Assembly: GCA_951406725.2 (NCBI GenBank)
Contig: OX597831.1
Coordinates: 48,174,001-48,238,000, forward strand
Direction of reading: 5' to 3'
Length of the DNA: 64,000 nucleotides
Origin: Octopus vulgaris
Lineage: Eukaryota
The notes beneath the pieces were generated by a model. The model did not search any database and had not been told where the DNA came from. It saw only the letters and a program-made list of their open reading frames with translations. Positions 52,840-64,000 of the stretch are shown in pieces. The position numbers were made by a program, and so were the translations under genes. The first letter of the stretch is position 1. Every line of letters begins with the position of its first letter.

Positions 52840-53315
52840 TGTAACCCTCCCCCGATTGGCCGGATTTTGACCTTGAATTATCTCAACGGACTTTTTCGTC
52901 GGCTTTCACCCAGCCTGGCGTCAACGCATATTGAGAGACAGTTTTGTGCCATTTATCCCATGGGCTCCTCGCGAGCGTTTGTCGAAAAGCTTGATGTGCA
53001 TTTTGTTGGAGAATTAAGTTCCTGGATTTTCCTGAAGAGAAGGCTGCAAAATGGTATCCTTATTCAATCCGAATTAGGGACTTTGCCACCTTTGAAACAT
53101 ATGTAGAAAATAATAAAAAGGAACTTTGTTAAATCTTCGTTCAGCTCCATTTTTTCCTACACTAAATATATAAACTTCAAATTTCTGCACTAAGGCACGG
53201 GTTTGAGACCCCATGGTCGTAACCTCAACCGTGATTTTTCTGTTGTGATTTTTGCTACCCAGGTATTGGTTATCATTTGAATAATCCGTAACAAGATAAT
53301 TCATTTACCCATTTC
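52840..53315. other. CpG-rich unclassified block, probably a young DNA-transposon fragment
   Basis: Abrupt CpG enrichment ending at (TA)n; no recognisable protein motif. Confidence 0.3.
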
Positions 53316-53316
53316 A

Positions 53317-53656
<340 letters not shown>

Positions 53657-53661
53657 TTTGT

Positions 53662-53700
<39 letters not shown>

Positions 53701-53952
53701 TATCTAAATACACATTTTTTTAATGTTTTATGTTTGGTCATAGCAAATAAGAAGAAAAACAACATAAATGTGCATTTCTATTTCAGAATGGTTGTAGATG
53801 TAACTTGGTTGTATGGTTAGGATGTTTACTTTGCAATCAGAAGGTTCATGGTTCAGGCCTTCTGCATGGTACCTTGGACAAGTGTCTTCAATACAACCCT
53901 GACTGATCAATATCTTGAGTGGAATTGGCAAGCAGAAACTGAGAAGAAGCCC

Positions 53953-54031
<79 letters not shown>

Positions 54032-54341
54032 GTGTATGTGTGCATACGTGTGCATGTGTTTGTATGTGTGTATGTTAGGATTCTTGTAAAACATAGATAG
54101 GATAGCCTTTGCAAGACGCAACGAAAATTGTAGGAAAATAAAAATAAGAAATAAGTGGAAATTTTACTGGTGAGTGTGGATGGTGTGCCATGTCTCAGTT
54201 GTCAATGAGATGAAGTGTTTTGCTCAAGAACGCAATGCAGGGCTAGGTCAAATAATTGCAACCATCATCTCACAATTGTGAGTGCAACACCCTAACAACT
54301 AGGCCATGTGTCTGCTCTCTCTCTCTCTCTCTCTCTATATG

Positions 54342-54374
<33 letters not shown>

Positions 54375-54473
54375 CATATACATGTGTGTGTGTGTGTGTG
54401 TGTTGTGTGTATATAGATAGATAGATAGACAGACAGACATAAAATGTTGAATCAATTAGCAGCACAGATTTAA

Positions 54474-54685
54474 ACTTTATTTTCTATTACAAATTTGCTC
54501 TTAACATATCTGATATCCTTCATGGTTCAAATCTGCTGACTGACTTGACTGATTCGACAGCATTCACCCGGGATGGGTTGAGCTGGCTTGGGTGAATGCT
54601 GTCGAATCAGTCAAGTCAGTCAGCAGATTTAAACCATGAAGGATATCAGATATGTTAAGAGCAAATTTGTAATAGCAAATAAAGT
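54474..54685. repeat. Near-perfect 96-bp-arm palindrome
   Basis: 54474-54569 pairs with 54590-54685 (2 mismatches, 20-nt loop). Confidence 0.95.
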
Positions 54686-54809
54686 GAAACAATCCCACTT
54701 TAAGAGATTGGATCCTGTATCTTATCCTTGTTACGTGGTGTAGCAATTGATCAGCCATACAACACTAAAAGAACTGACTGATTACAATCAATCAATTAAT
54801 TACTGATTG

Positions 54810-55160
54810 CACAGAGGAACAATTTTGAACATAATTTTTGTTGACTTTGCTTTTTCACTTGGTTTAGAGTAATACTGACATGCTGATTTCAAAACGACAG
54901 TCAGTTTTCTTCTATTGCATCAAGTTCTTTTCTACAGCTTACTCTCTGAATAAGTACAATTGTATTGTTTGTTCATAAGCAATAGGACTGGCCAGTTGCT
55001 TTTATTATTTTATTAATAACACTGATGAACATTTTCGGAAAAAATTTTTTAGTTGTTTTGCTTTTTGCAATTAATCCTGCCTAATATGATGGAGCTGGCT
55101 TCAAAAATGCCCTCAGAAATTTTCTACCATGTCAAGTATTGTGTTAAACAGGAATTCATT
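54810..55160. mobile_element. Probable Chapaev3-type terminal/subterminal sequence
   Basis: CAC start and atgctgatttcaaaa..cagttttcttctattgcatcaagtt, with a second degenerate copy at ~55095-55138. It lies near the transposase relic. Confidence 0.45.
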
Positions 55161-55214
55161 TAGAAAATTACTATTTTTAAATCTCACAACATGAGATTTT
55201 CAGCGACAGTACTT

Positions 55215-55499
55215 TGTAGTAAAGATTGTTTGCCAACATTACATAGAAGTCCTGGTTTAGGACTAATGTTGCTGTAATTTAGCCCCAGGAGACATCGTCT
55301 CCAGCTGGCTATATGACATGATCTGTGTCCTTATATTTTTCGAACAAGGGAATCTAACACCCCCACTCAGCTCAAAAATATAAGGACATAGATTGTGTCG
55401 TTTAGCCAGCTGGAGACGATGTCTCCTGGGGCTAAATTACAACAACATTAGTCCTAAACCAGGACTGCCATGTTATGTTGGCAAACAATATTTACTACA
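55215..55499. mobile_element. Foldback MITE with ~128-bp arms
   Basis: 55215-55342 pairs with 55372-55499, e.g. gtaatttagccccaggagacatcgtctccagctggcta / tagccagctggagacgatgtctcctggggctaaattac. Confidence 0.92.
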
Positions 55500-56424
55500 G
55501 GAATTCATTTTTTTGCTTTAATTTTTACCAAAAAAATGTCAGTTTTGCCATTAATTACAATTCTGAAATAAGAAACTAACACAGACCAAATAGCACTTTT
55601 TATTGTTTAATGAATATATTACACAAAAAGTTTAATAACACATCTTAGGGTAGATATTTTTGTCAAACTCAAGAAATGAAAATTTTCTTTCCTGTTTTGC
55701 ATAAATAAGCTGCATCACAACAGTCTCTTTGCAGAAACCAGTAGTGGTCACTCACAGTGGCAACTCATAGATAAAATTAGTTGGCGGGTGCTGCTTCAGA
55801 AAATTCTTAGCTGTTGTTTTAATATTGTGTAAAAGGAAACAAACATATAAAAAGAAAATTTATACATAAACTTGATCGGTTCACATTTTAGCCACTGCCA
55901 GGTAGTGTATTTGATTTGTTCAATGAACACTGCCATGAATTCCCCCTTGTTTTTCAAAAATACCCCCTAAATCACAAAATAAGGTGGGGAAAATGTGCCC
56001 TATTTTCCAAATCCTGGCATCAACACTGAAGCTGGAATCAGGATGATAATCTAATTCTACACTTTATCATTTTCAAGAATACAAACACGTTTTTAGGCAC
56101 AACACACACAGAGCCAAAAAGAAACACTACCTTTCACCTGGCACTGTCATTTACACAGTGCTCTCTCTCTCCCTTGTGTGAAGCTTCCTATCTTGGACAT
56201 GTGAGCATGTGCACAGCAGCCAAACACCGCATCACTGGAACTGTGATGTGCACAGTTCTATGCAAGGATTTTTGCATTTTTTTCATAAACTAGGGGATGG
56301 CTACTGACATTAAGCTTAAGGATAATATAATGTACAAGTATAAAGAAAGAATTAAAGAAAAAAGCACTTATTATATTGAATGTTATGATAATATCGAGTG
56401 GAAATAGGGGTGCTGCAGTTCCCA

Positions 56425-56959
56425 GTGCCTTTACACAAGCCACCACTGGTCACTCATCATGTTTGTGTTTCACCAGCTTTGATACCTAGTCTCCTTGGCC
56501 TCAGTATCTTGGTGGAATCTTTTTCCTTGCTTGTCACTTATTGCATTATAATTTTTGAAGAAGTTGTCCAGATGACTAAGCAAGATATGCACTTTTAACT
56601 CATGTTGCAGCCCATGGCTTGAAAACTGGTTAACAGGGTTTGCACATGTTCTTCATCCTGCAATAGCCACCTAATCTGTGGCCTGTCAAACACACCGACC
56701 TTAATTTTCTCACAGGACAAAGGGAAACTTTTGGCTTAAGCATATAAAACTTTCATTTTCTCAGTGTTTCAACACATATTTTACACAGTATGGGGTACCC
56801 AGGCTTTGCCTTGATCACCTAGGTTTATGCCAAAGTAAGTTAAGCTTTCTTCACAAAATCTCAGATTTTGTTTCACTACCTAAGTAAAGTATAACATCCA
56901 CAAATATAACAGAAGACATCAAGGCTATTTTCACATTTTCTTTACTCACAACTGGCCAT
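56425..56959 (-). mobile_element. Internally deleted Chapaev3-like (CMC) transposase pseudogene
   Basis: RKCENSLDVFCYICG, FGINLGDQGKAWVPH, EKIKVGVFDRPQIR and MGCNMS*KVHILLSHLDNF..AISDKQGKRFHQD..RYQ; multiple stops. Confidence 0.8.
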
Positions 56960-57862
56960 ATTTCTGAAATACAAAACATATATTCAAGTCAGTTGTCACC
57001 TGGGAAAAGTATTCTTAGAGTTGTCAGCAGTTATAAAGTAAGTAAATGCAGATTTGTGATGGTAAAGTTCAATAAAGTGCTTACATACCATGAAGTTCTT
57101 TCTACAGTCCTTTTACCATGCTTGACAAAAAGGGATCTTGATCCATGTGACCTCACAATTAAAACATTAAGGGTGCATTCAAAATACCAATTTTCATAAG
57201 AAATGCTGGTGTTGCATGGGCTAGACCACATCTAGAAAAGAGCGATACAGCTGATTGACATTAACTTATTCACAGACATGGTTCATAGCTCTGTGAATTA
57301 ATGCTGAATTAACACATCTTACACTTACTTCAGAACAGATTTTGCTCAACAGAGTTTGATCATTACCAAGGTGATAGACTAATCACTTTGTGAGGTATGA
57401 ATGACCAAGCAATGGATGCTGTTTAGAAAGAGATCATCAGCATACTGAAAAACCTAGATTTACAAATCATAGCAGATAAGCACCTAAGTATAGTTAATCT
57501 CAAAGATATAAATACTTTCCTCACAAGAATCCTAATGAGAAATTACTGTACGTTAATATAAATTCTAATAATCCTTAAAATCTTAGTTAATAACATTGGT
57601 CAGTGAATATCCGGCATACTTCTGTATAAGTAATCCTTTAACCATGCAACTCATGATTATAATGTTGCATTAAAAAATAGTGGTTGGGAGGTAAACTGCA
57701 TTACATACTAATACTAATACAATACTAATACTCATAAACACAACTATAGGAAGTATTGCATACTATAATCTGCCTTATAGATTATAGGTTCATTTCAATG
57801 CTACCAAATTTTTCCTTGAAAAAAAATTCGTATAAATAAGCATTTCCCCATAGAGTATATAT

Positions 57863-58275
57863 ACTCTTTTACTCTTTTACTTGTTTCAGTCATTTGACTG
57901 TGGCCATGCTGGAGTACTGCCTCCAGTCGAGCAAATCGACCCCAGGACTTATTCTTTGTAAACCTAGTACTTATTTTATCGGTATCTTTTGCCGAACCAC
58001 TAAGTTATGGGAATGTAAACACACCAAGCTATGTTGGGGGGACAAGCACAGACACACAAGCATATATACACACACATGCATACATATATATATATATATA
58101 TACATATATACAACGGGCTATTTTCAGTTTCCGTCTACCAAATCCACTCACAAGGCTTTGGTCGGCCCGAGGCTATAGTAGAAGACACTTACCCAAGGTG
58201 CCACACAGTGGGACTGAACCCGGAACCATGTGGTTGGTAAGCAAGCTACTTACCATACAGCCACTCCTGCACCTA
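57863..58275 (-). mobile_element. SINE family A, full length
   Basis: Collinear with 22590-23032. Confidence 0.92.
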
Positions 58276-58855
58276 TATGAGATTATTTTATAAAATAGCA
58301 TTAGTATGAGAAGTAGTTGTCTAAAAAAAAAACTTTGCTCTTTTCTCTATGCAATTTCAATGACCATTATATCTTAATGGTATGTAAATTCCTGTGTTCC
58401 CTTTGTAGAAAAAGTGAAATAAAAATCTCTAAAAGGCTTACTGAAAAACCCTTTACAATAAATGCATATTTTTGACACTCACATTAATATATCTAAAGTT
58501 TAAAGAAGGATAATAACACTTAGAAAATTGAATTGAATAATTTATTATTGAGCATACGTTTGCATAACTATGTATTAAAAATTTTTAACCACCAACCTCC
58601 TTTTTGCATCCATTTTCAATGCTAGCAGGGTCAAATGAGTATATCATGAAGTCACTGTTTTGAAGCCGGATGCTTTCCTGTTGCTAACCCTTACCTGGTT
58701 TTTCAAGTTAGGGTATCTTACCTTACATGACTTCAAAAGTGCAAAGTCAGCAGATGATTTGTTAACAAAGGAAATGACAACAATGTCACTGCTTTTAGCT
58801 TGGTAATTTTCAAAGAAATGCAGATGTACACACACACACTTGCACACACGCACAC

Positions 58856-58919
<64 letters not shown>

Positions 58920-59625
58920 CGGGTGTCTTTCAGTTTCCACCTACTAAATCCTTTCACAAGGTTTTGTACAGCCCAGGGACTGAACCTTAATCCATATAGT
59001 TTGAAAGCAAACATCTCAACCATGCAACTATGCTTGTATCTCTAACCAAAACAATTTATTTCCTATGTAACTGAATTGCCTTACCCTGTAAGATGGTTAT
59101 ATAACTAAAAAGGAAAAAAATGTTTTTATTAACACTATAATGCTTCATTAACAACAGTAGCTTTCTTTGCTTTTGTGTGATTTATAAGCATAATATTGAA
59201 AACAAAGAAACATTATATTGTATTGTGCATGAATTTATGAAAATATCATGCATGCATGACAACTGAATGGATGAATGAATGATGCAATTTCTAATGTCTT
59301 TTTTTTTTTTTTGGCAACCATTCAAATCTTTAAGTACTGTTGGTTAATCATATCTTGATGTGTTTGCAAAGAATTTTACTTATATAGTGTCATGTTGTTT
59401 TGCTATTTTAATTGTTAGAATAATCAGAAATGTGTAACTCAGGATTATGAAACAATATAGTTGAGCTACCAATTAAATATTTACACTCTGTTTCATATAC
59501 TGAAAATGTTCTTAACTATTTGTAATCAATAATCTTCATCCATCAATCTATATCTATCTATCTATCTACCTACCTACCTACCTACCTACCTACCTACCTA
59601 CCTACCTACCTACCTACCTACCTAC

Positions 59626-59701
<76 letters not shown>

Positions 59702-59845
59702 TGATTTATCTATCTATCTATATGTGTGAGTGTGTGTGTGTGTGCGTGCATGTGTGTGTGAGTGTATATGTATGTGTGTGTATTCCATTATGATGAATAC
59801 TGCTGTAACATACATACATATGTACATACATGCATATATACATAC

Positions 59846-59876
<31 letters not shown>

Positions 59877-60439
59877 TGTATGTATGTATGTATATATGCA
59901 TGCATATATATATATATATGTATGTATATTGATAAAGATTTTCTTATATAGCAATATTTGTTTCAATCCCTGATGAGAATCATATTGTAACAACACCAAA
60001 AAAAACTCTCATTATGATGAAATTAATTAAAACAAACATTACAGAACAATGAACCCTCCTGGTCAAAATTTCTCTTTACAATGAAAGAAAATATAATAAA
60101 TGAAAAACATTCTTGAGACAACATTTGTAAATTCAGACTTTCAGATGATACAGATTATTGATTGTAGAGCAGACAGACACAGCAATGGTCAGAAGTCCAG
60201 TTGTCTTAACAATGAGTGATGCATAGTATTAATATTAGCATGCAGCTTTCCCTCATATGATTGTACTAAATAGGCGGTTGCTGCCATCTGTTGATATCTC
60301 TTACTTTATGGTCAGTTTTTGTGCATACATTAAAAATAGGCAAATTTCATCATCAGGTCAATAAGGAATTGGAATTAACTTATCACTTTATCAAACATTT
60401 GTAAGAACAAAAGAATTCCCTATTACTCCACTTTTTTAC

Positions 60440-60830
60440 TTTTTTACTTGTTTCAGTCATTTGACTGCGACCATGCTGGAGCACTGCCTTTAGTTGAGCT
60501 CATTGACCCCAAGACTTATTCTTTGTAAGCCAAGCCTAGTACTTATTCTATTGATCTCTTTTGCCAAACTTCTAAGTTACGGGGATGTAAACACACCAGC
60601 ATCGGTTGTCAAGTGATGTTGGGGGACAAACAGAAGCACACAAACATATACACACACATATATGCATATATATATGATGGGCTTCTTTCAGTTTCCGTCT
60701 AACAAATCCACTTACAAGGCTTTGGTCAGCCTGAGGCTATAGTAGAAGACACTTACCCAAGGTGCCACACAGTGGGACTGAACCCAGAACCATGTGGTTG
60801 GTAAGCAAACTACTTACCACACAGCCACAT
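60440..60830 (-). mobile_element. SINE family A
   Basis: Collinear with 22590-23032. Confidence 0.9.
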
Positions 60831-62707
60831 TTTTAAGGAATCAAATATTATTTTAATGTTAACAAAAATCAAGGCATTCCAACTATCACCATTACTATAT
60901 TTTTTGTAGAATCAGATGCTGGGCCTCACTGAGGAAATGACAAGGGCCTGGGAGTTGTACTGATTTGATGTACATGAGAAGACATGTCAAGCCAAGTAAA
61001 ATCACTGCCATCCATACATACAGGCTTGTCCTTTGCAGGTGCCAGTGTCATGTAAAAGGCACTTGTGCTGGTGCTGCATAAATGCATAAAAGCACCCAGC
61101 ACCCTCTGTAAGTGGGGGGTGGCATTAGGAAGGGCATCTAGCTGCAGAAACCATGCCACAAAAGACAACTGGAGTCTGGACAGCTCCCCAGCTGACCAGC
61201 GCCTGTCAAACCATCTAACCCATGCCAACATGGGAAACAGATGTTTAATGATGACAACGAGGACAATGATGATGATGATGAGGATTATGAAGATGATGAT
61301 GACAATGAATCAGAGTTGGTTTTTTTAATTTATCAACAGTCACCCTCCTGTCTTTTTTTTATGGATTCAAAGAATTCTTTTTTCTTTCTTTCTTTCTTTT
61401 TTTTTTTTTTTTGCATTATCCGATTAATAGCATTCTAACTTTGGCCAACATTAAGGTGAGAACTCTCTGTCTTATGAAACAATAACATAGTATTACAGCC
61501 TTTTGCAATTTAGAACACACAGAACAGTGAATTCTTGCAAATGCTTAGCTCACTAAATATTGAAAAATTTTCAACTTTTCAGCTGAGTAAAATAGTTATT
61601 TTCCAAACTAATTTATTTGCCACAGTCTGCAAAACAGTCACCCACTTCTATAATCCAATTCAAATTTTACTTAAAAGAGAAGCAATATGAATCAAAATTA
61701 ATAAAATTTAATAAAATAATATAATTTATGACAAAAAAGTTTTCATAAATATAGTAATTTAAGAATATGGTTCCATTTATTGCTTCTAATTTCAGCACTA
61801 GAGCAGAAATGTTTGAGAAGAGGGATTACTTGATACTATAGCTCCCAGCACATGACTAATGCATAATTTTATCTGCTCCAGAAAGATGGAAGACAAAGCT
61901 GACCTCAGCAATTCATAAACTGAGAGTGTAAACAGCCAGGAGAAATACCAAAAGTTAATTGTCCAGCATTTTAATGATATTGTTAATCAAGTGTCCTTAA
62001 AGGGGCGGTTGGTAAATAATAAATAATAAATACTGATGTATTCACAACACTTCTGCACATGAGGATAGAAGTATTTATAGTGAATGTCCATGAATAATTT
62101 CTAATGATTCAAAATAACAAATACTATTTATGACCATTTACTACAGATAATTTTATTCCCATGTGTAAGAATGTGTAATAAAAGACTATTTGGTTGGTTG
62201 ATGGGAGAACAAAAATCTGTGTGAAATCGAAATACAAAAATATTTATTAACCATTTACAAGAAGGTATTGTTGCTATGATGATAACAATAGGAATGAGGC
62301 ATTTAAATCAAGTGAATCAAATTGTGTGAGATATTCAGCATGACACAGAGAGTGACAAGGCCGGCCCTTTGAAATACAGATACAACAGAAACAGGAAGTA
62401 AGAGTGAGAGAAAGTTGTGGTGAAAGAGTACAGCAGGGATCATCACCATGCCCTGCCGGAGCCTCGTGGAGCTTTAGGTGTTTTCGCTCAATAAACACTC
62501 ACAACGCCCGGTCTTGGAATCGAAACCGCAATCCTATGACTGCGAATCCGCTGCCCTAACCACTGGGCCATTGTGCCTCCACACGTATGTATGTATGTAT
62601 GTTATGTATGTATGTATATGCATCATAATGGAATACACACACACACACATACACTCTCTCACACACACACACACACACACATATAGATAGATAAAACAAT
62701 AGATAGG

Positions 62708-62772
<65 letters not shown>

Positions 62773-62894
62773 GTGTGTCAGCAATGATAGTGAATTGTTG
62801 AAGGTATCAAATTTTGTAATTGAAGTTGAGCAGGGTAAGTTTCTGCAGCAGTTGATTTTTGCTGTGTCGCAGCCACTATCCAGTAACCAAATCG

Positions 62895-63290
62895 CTATAT
62901 ATATAAAGCTGAAGTTGTCTGTGTATGGCAGGTTTGGTAGCCTTAAACTAGCACTATCTCCTCCGAGACCCTGAAGTGCAAGTTGACCAAAATTGAGAGT
63001 ATGATAGAAGAAGGCTTGCTCTTCCTTCCGTAGAAGAAAAAATTCAAATCGGACCATGTTAGCACCAAAAATTATTTACATCAAAAAGGTGCTTTTCTAC
63101 TATGAAAATCCCTATTTTTTACGATTTTTTGACTGCTGTGTTACCACTTTTTGATGTATTTCAACCAGAAAAATGTTCACTTAAAGAGAATAACAAGCTA
63201 CATAATGCAAAACTTTTACTTTTCAAAAATTCCAATTCTAAAGGGTCGAAAAGAAAATAAAACCTGATCAACACCAGGCTATACTGCTAG
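62895..63290 (+). mobile_element. Non-autonomous Helitron-like element
   Basis: 5' ctatatatataaagctgaag; 3' cctgatcaacaccagg hairpin, then ctatactgCTAG-t. Confidence 0.7.
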
Positions 63291-63740
63291 TAAATGATAA
63301 AACTGATTATAGCAGCAACTCCATATAAGAATATCAGAAGAAGGAATTTTATTCTGAAATATCATCAGACTATGAATGACTAAATTACAACAGATATATA
63401 GCCCATTATTTGTATTATAGTGCATTGTTGTACTATTCAAAACTTTTTATTCTTGATCTATATATACTTAATGGTCTGTCAAAGAAAGGGCACCAAAGGC
63501 AAAATTGTTAATGACATTCCAATATGTTGTATATAACTGGGATTCCAATGAGTTAAGTATCTGCTGAGTCTATTGTATTTCCAATGGTCAGTTCAGCTAC
63601 TGATAAAAACAAGTGCTTAATGTGTTTATCAGAGGCTTGAATGGCTAACTGCTTGCTGGTGTCATCAATCCTTGACAAAATCCTGTTTGAGTGTTTACAT
63701 TTGCTTTTGTGTTTAAATTTGGATTCAATTTCTAGGCAGT

Positions 63741-63920
63741 CATAGTAGAAAAGCACCTTTTTGATGTAAACAACTTTTGGTGTTAACATGGTCCGATTTG
63801 AATTTTTTTCTTCTACGGAAGGAAAAGCAAGCCTTCTTCTATCATACTCTCAATTTTGGTCAACTTGCGCCGCAGGGTCTCAGAGGAGATAGTGTTAGTT
63901 TAAGGCTACCAAACCTACCA
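63741..63920 (-). mobile_element. Partial inverted second copy of the Helitron-like element
   Basis: Reverse complement of ~62926-63104. Confidence 0.85.
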
Positions 63921-64000
63921 AACTGTTTGACACTCTGACAATATTCCTACTACAAATGCATAGAACAGTATAATTAACAATGAAAGTACATTATTTACAT

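Overview
AT-rich, repeat-dense animal nuclear DNA, very likely from an octopus. This assignment is an inference from the cox3-trnK-trnA-trnR order of a mitochondrial insert and from the SINE families present. There is no complete protein-coding gene, and nearly all listed ORFs are translated microsatellites or SINEs. Identifiable content: (1) a ~520 bp NUMT (3' cox3, trnK, trnA, partial trnR) inside an old ~35-bp tandem array; (2) many tRNA-derived SINEs from at least three families; (3) LINE relics (R4/Dong-like x2, RTE, CR1/L2/Jockey-like); (4) Penelope-like element (PLE) relics and short microsatellite-embedded inserts carrying minimal hammerhead-ribozyme motifs, some with variant cores; (5) DNA-transposon relics (rosa/DD41D-like mariner foldback, Chapaev3-like transposase, hAT and Tigger MITEs, Helitron-like elements); (6) several near-perfect palindromes; (7) a CpG-rich candidate promoter at ~45.6 kb, with a tentative minus-strand exon pair and a plus-strand GC-donor exon encoding a mitochondrial-presequence-like peptide. 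Repeat boundaries are approximate and family names come from motif recognition, not database searches. I see no clearly new multi-gene system. The most promising leads are RNA-structural: the variant hammerheads and a repeated pseudoknot module.
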